From assembly GCA_951406725.2 (NCBI GenBank), contig OX597822.1:434001-498000 (forward strand): DNA of 64,000 bases, in the 5' to 3' direction. Numbering within the stretch: position 1 is the first letter of the stretch; each line of letters starts with the position of its first letter. The notes under the pieces were generated by a model. That model was not told where the DNA came from and made no database searches. It worked only from the letters and a program-made list of their open reading frames with translations. Position numbers and translations under genes: made by a program. This document shows positions 55,706 to 64,000 of this stretch, in pieces. The stretch comes from Octopus vulgaris (taxonomy: Eukaryota).

Positions 55706-56374
55706 CAGCTGGCTATTGACACATTTTCTGTGTCCTATAAGTATTTGCAAAGAGAAGCCATCCTTCCCATTGTCGACCGGACGTGGTACACACGGACCCT
55801 AATTTCTGGGTATTTACCCGTCGTCAGCGCACGACAATCACCGGTCTTTGATGCGAAGGGGTCCCAATGCAAATAAATATATATCCTTTTTCCAGTGACG
55901 AAAAGTCACTGATCTCGAAAAATTGTAAACAACAATAATAAATCTCTAAACGATATATATAAAGTGTATAGTATTTATAAACAAAAGAGGCGACCAATTA
56001 CAGGAAGCCTTACATACTATTTATACAGTAGTCCCGCGACTATCGCGGGTGTTACGTTCCACAAACAACCGCGATATGGCGAGGAATTATTATGTATATT
56101 ACTCTATTTGTACATTTCGATGACAGAGTTGACAACCATATGTGAGCAATGCATATTTATAAAAACCCAAACAATATGAACTCAGTGCTCGTGCACTTAA
56201 TTGAATAGCTGGACACCCTGATTTAGTTAAATTAGTTAAGCTATACTTCTTCCACCGTCACAGTCGCACTGCGCCCTACATATGTAGGTATAAACACATA
56301 TATACCTACGTACGTACATATATGCAGGCGTGAATGAAATATGGCGCTGTCTGATCAAAAATGAGTGCTATAAT

Positions 56375-58610
<2,236 letters not shown>

Positions 58611-59699
58611 ACGAAATCAACTATACATGCACTTATACACGAACACACACATATTCACACATGGAAAAACTTTGTAGTGTGTTGAACGAGTGGCAGAGGA
58701 ATTGTCAATGTATTTAAAGTATATGATTTATCGAAACTGGTTGTTCATTTGCTGCTCGAGTTTCATGTCACAGCGATCTTCACGTAAGAACTATCACAAC
58801 CAACTTTTGCTAGTACATATATATCAAGGCGTACTTGTATTTCTTTATTGGTTTGTATTTTGTATACCACTGTAAAAAAAAAATCAAAAAAAAAACATTT
58901 ACATCTCCAGTGAGTTTTGACCACTGGCCAAAATTGAACTCCAAACATTTTAGCTATGTCTATTAGATTATGATTCACATATTCATTAACAAGCATATGA
59001 AAACGAAATGACCACACATGCGAGTGCGCGCACTTTCACACATACACTCACTCAACCAAAATTACAGCCAAAGAACAAAGGATCAAAAAACATGTCCCAT
59101 GAAGTCCTTAATTAGCTTTATTGTACTCACAAACATCTCTCTATGTATATATATGTACACACACACACACACACACACTTATATATATGTCCCCGGAGAC
59201 TCGTAAAGCAGAGCAACAGTTTCCCATAGTAGCATTGTTATGAATCATAATTCTTTCTCAGAAAAATATTTTAGCAATTAAATTTATAATACTCGCAAAT
59301 AAATGACAATAAAACAACAGTAGAATGTAAGGAATATTCTATGTAACGTAAAAAGAATGTCAAGATAATTTATAACGAAAAAAGATTATTATCATAATCG
59401 TTTTCTGAACCACTTTCACTGGCACTAGACTCACGCGTACCATCATTTGTAAAGGCGATTGCCGATTCACAAGCACCCGTAGATGAACTTGTTGATATCT
59501 TTAAAAAAACAAGTCTAGAGTTGATTGCTTAGAGGAAACTTTTCTTTTCGCCCACTATAAATTTCGCGGTAACACGCAGAAGTATTTGTTATAGTGATAG
59601 AAACTTTTGCACTTCGTTCAAAATTTGGATTTTGTGCTTGGAAAATAAAACTTGTAAATCCGAGGTGTCATAAATCGGGTCCTCATAAAGTGACGTATT

Positions 59700-59815
<116 letters not shown>

Positions 59816-60012
59816 CGGACGTGCTGTCACTTCGGCTCCGAAGGTAATCGTTTATTTTGACTATTTATAGCCCATATTTTGTGTATATTTTTGTAAATAA
59901 GGTGTGTAAGGCACCCAACTTTCGTTTGAGTGCTTTTCCAAGGGAGGAATTCGCCCCTATGGGCAGTTTCAACCCTATTTAATTTGTGTAATTTCTTCTC
60001 GACATTTTGAAA

Positions 60013-62219
60013 ATGTCGAGAAATTGTATTGTAGAACGCTGGTCGCGTTCTTTTATTGACCAACATTCTCCTAGTCTGGAAACGCTAGGAGAAGAAAAAA
60101 AGAACTCATGCACGCAAAGTGCAAACCTAAATGACATGGCAGTGAACGCTGCAACCACTTGCGATAACAGCACTGTCACCACCACCACTAACAACAACAA
60201 CAAGACTACTACTGCTACCACCACCGCCTCCACCACTACCACCACCGCCACCTCATCCACTACCTCAACTACCAACAACGACAACAATAACAATGACAAC
60301 AAGAATAACAACATTTGCGCCACTATTTCGACATCTGCTGCCACGGCTGTCTCTTCTGCCACTGACACCACCACCAACAACAAAAACAACAATAACAACA
60401 ACAACAATTCCGTTCAGACCTGTTTTACTCCAATAACAAGAACTGAAGGGAATAAACAAAAGACTGTGGCCACCAAACAAATTGACAGAAGCTGCTTGAA
60501 TACAGGGATAAACTATGCAAGTAATTTTCCACCCCTTCCTACTTGCACAATCAAACCAAATACACCGATTTTACCAACTGCAGCCAACAACAACATCACC
60601 ACCAGCAACAACAATAACAAAACAACAACAAATTTCGCCGAGGCGATAAAAGAAAAAAGACAACAGTATATTTTACTGCACAACAAATAAAAGACACGAA
60701 CATTTTAATAACGGAAGTAGATGGTATAGTAAAAATAAACATACCACAAGAAATATTAGAAGATGAAAAAAAAAGAACAATTATATATAAAATAATTAAT
60801 AAGAAAAAAAAAGTCCAGAGAAGGCTAACACAAGCAAAATCGAAAAATGCTTGAAACCCATCTGGAACTACAAAGAGTATGTGACCTGGTGGAACAAGTT
60901 CGCACACATACAAGTGGTCTTCCACACTAAAGAGTTAGCAAGACGTTTCCCAACGCTAACTCTTCATTCAGATGAACTTCAACTAACACCAAGCTATCGT
61001 GGACAGAAAGTGACTAAGATCACTTTAAACAATGTCCCCAAAATAGCTAACAATCTATGGCTAGCAAAGGCCTTATGTGTGAAAATGAAAGATTTCACAA
61101 TTTTAGAAACCACGGTCACGGAGCACAAAAACTGGGTGGGAAAAAAGTAGAATTTCTACTACATATAAACCAAGAGGACATAAAGAAAATATCCACCCAG
61201 ATATGTGTATCAGAAAACCACAAGTTGTATGTGGTCGTCGATGGCAGAAGACCACGTTGCTACATATGCGGCAGTGAGCAACACCTAAAAAAAGATTGCA
61301 AATCTGCCGCAAGAAAACAACAGCAACAACAACAGCAGCCGGAAAAAACAAATAAACCAGCTTTACTACCCACACCACGTTTTGCACGAACAGGACTAAT
61401 CACAGAAAATCAACAAAAAAACAAACCTCACCAACCAAACAACCACACTAAGAACAGAAGCAACACCAACAACAACAACAACCAAGAATAAACCAACTCC
61501 CAAACCAAGGACATCTGCCAAAAAGACACTCATCGAAAATGAAGAAACAATTACTACTCCAAATCCCCACAAAATTGACACCCCAAACAACACAACAATA
61601 CCTACAATCACTCAAACACAAAATACCCACACCCCACCTCCAAAACCGCATACACCACAACCTAACGCTCACCAACCAACACCAACAACAAAATCAACAC
61701 AGTCTACAATAGACCCCAATATTTTCCCTCTCCCAAGCTCTGATTCTTCTGATTTGTCATTAGACGAAGAAGACACAGAAGGTTGGCAAATAGCCACAGG
61801 GGGGAGAAGAAAAAGGGGAAAAAAAAAGAAAAGAAAAGAAAACAAACAAAGCAGGAAGATTCACCACTCCCGAAACAAAAACATCCACAGAAAACAAACA
61901 CATCAACACAAACACACCATCATCAAACCCCCCAACAATGTTGACAGCCATAAACACAAACAACCTCGACCTAATGGAACACATTAGGTCAAACACCAAC
62001 ATAACTGAAAACGACATAAAAACAAATAACCACCCACGCACAACACCACCACAACACATTAAAATAATACACGTAACACAGAACACATACAGCACCCTGA
62101 AATCTCTTTACCCTGATGCAGTAGGGAGATTTCAAAAGTATTCATCAAAGAAACTATACAAAAACCTCATGGAAGAATACTGTGAGGTGAAAAACAAAGG
62201 ACTTTCGAACAACAAGTAA
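60013..62219 (+). pseudogene. LINE ORF1, disrupted
   Basis: MSRNCIVERWSRSF; KITLNNVPKI; RCYICGSEQHLKKDC; WQIATGGRRKR; stops and frameshifts. Confidence 0.88.
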
Positions 62220-62285
62220 CCTTTTCTCTCTCTCTTTCCTTTTTTGCATTTTCTTTTCGTGTGTAAAACAATTTTTTATCGGAAC

Positions 62286-64000
62286 ATGCTCAGAATAGGT
62301 AGTATAAATGTACGTGGCTTGGGGTCGCCTTGGAAACAAGGCTACCTGTTAAATGACATCAAGTCACTAAATCTGAATATCATAGCCATCAGTGAGACCA
62401 GACTCCACAGCTCGCTGGCACTCCAGCACAGTTTCGGTACGCATTTCAACATTTATTTTTCTCCGTGTCTACCGAGAATGGGCGGAGGTGGCACCGCGGT
62501 GCTTCTCCGGAAGAGTCTGGATCCCAAAGTAAGAGCAATTTTCCTAGACCCGGAGGGTAGGCTGGTCGTTTTGGATGTCGATGGCAGCAATGAGTGTGCT
62601 TTTCGACTGATAGCAGTTTATGCTCCGTCCTTAACAGGCCGACCAGATTTCTTTCGACGTCTAGAGTCTTTCATGGGAACGTCTCGTCCTTTACTTTTAG
62701 TGGGGGATTGGAATGCCACCCTAGACACGCATCTAGACTACGTGGGCAGAGATAGCAATAGAAGGGGATGCAAATGCCTCAAAGACCTGCTCAGACGTTT
62801 CCAACTGTCTGACAGGTACCAACTGGACCACCCGAATGTGCCAATGAGGACATGGAGTAATCGCATCGGGTCGTCCAGATCATACTTAGATAGAGTATTC
62901 TGTAGGACAATAGATAAAAATAGTGTAGGTTGTCCACAATTTCATATAGTCAGTTACACAGATCACAAGTTTGTGACTTGTACACTTGACTTAGATAAGA
63001 CACATAGGCAGGGTCCTGGTTACTGGAAACTGAACGCGTCTTTTACAGCACGACAGGTTTACAGGGACCGGATCAGCACATTAGTTAAGAGAGCTTTGAC
63101 GGGTACCATCATCAACAACAGATGGTGGTATGCCCTAAAAAAAGCAATTAAAGCAGAATCAGTCAGATACAGTAAAGCCCTAGCATTAGACCGAAATAGA
63201 ATAGAGGGAGAATTAGTTAAGGTTTTAGAAGAGGCACTTAGAACTGGCATCGCGTCCAACGTGCTGGCGGCGAGATTGGCCCTCGACCAATACCTCAACG
63301 CCAAACACGAGGGATGCGTTGTCAGAGCTAGGATGCGTGCTCTGAGGAACGAAGGAGTTGGAGCCGCCCAAGAGGCCCGAGTGGTGGAGACGCAACGAGG
63401 CAACAGAGCCACCATCAAGTCTCTTATAGATGAACAGGGGCGCGAATTGCTCGAGCCTAAAAGGATGTGTGGGGCTTTTCAACAACACTTCACCCAACTG
63501 TTTGGGACAAGTGGTGGGTCAGAACGCAGAGTGGACTTTAGTGCCTACCTGCATGCCTTGCCACGACTCTCAGCAAGAGAGGTGGAGTCTTGTGAAAGGC
63601 CTATCACAGCTGCGGACGTACAGGATGCGATGGTAGGATGCACGAGAGACATGTCACCAGGCTTGGATGGTCTGCCCTACGAACTTTATTTTCATATGCC
63701 AGACTTGTTTGGAGGCGTCTTGGCAGCTGTCTACTGCAACTGGTAGCAAAACGGGAGTATTCCTGCTTTTGTAAAGCGAGGAGCAGTGGCACTGATTAAG
63801 AAAGACCCAAACAAGGGGGACGTCATAGATAATTTCAGGCCCATCACTCTGCTCAACGCAGATTTGAAAATTTTGGCCAAGGTGTTAGCCGAGAGGTTGG
63901 CGCTTGTCATCAAGAAACTAATCGACAAGGCGCAAACATGCGCCGTGCCGGGTAGAAGTATTCATGACAACCTCCATCTGATACGCTACATCATAGACAG
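62286..64000 (+). pseudogene. LINE ORF2 (AP endonuclease and start of RT), nonsense at 63744
   Basis: NVRGL, ISETR, GDWN, YLDRV, TDHK, YWKLN, SPGLDG, FRPITLLNADLKI. Confidence 0.94.

Larger units (their letters stand above)
59816..64000 (+). mobile_element. Second L1/Tx1-clade LINE copy (different subfamily), continues past the window end
   Basis: Same 5' end cggacgtgctgtcacttcggctccgaagg; ORF1 and ORF2 homologous to 25219-31095. Confidence 0.96.

Overview
Eukaryotic, AT-rich, microsatellite-dense DNA with no recognisable host protein-coding exon, so it is probably intronic or intergenic. The repeat repertoire points to an Octopus/coleoid cephalopod genome, which is an inference. Most of the ORF track is translated simple repeat. 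Real coding remnants all belong to transposable elements: a full-length but disabled L1/Tx1-clade LINE (25219-31095), a second copy running off the window end (59816-64000), a more distant minus-strand relative and an ORF1 fragment. There are also two mariner (DD34D-type) elements, one long-TIR Tc1/mariner-superfamily element, Penelope GIY-YIG remnants, RTE, RTE-X and R4/Dong 3' fragments, a solo LTR and many tRNA-derived SINEs from about five families. The most notable observations are: (1) both Tx1 copies begin at the same register of a (TCTA)n array and the complete one has no poly(A) tail, suggesting (GATA)n target specificity; (2) at least four intact-looking and several decayed minimal type I hammerhead ribozymes lie in Penelope-like terminal repeats next to (TA)n, often with fold-back inversions; (3) the ORF1 stop/ORF2 junction is in frame in three divergent LINE copies; (4) a near-perfect, centrally bulged miR-100 match sits in unique sequence. 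All alignments, folds and identities were judged by eye and many boundaries are approximate.
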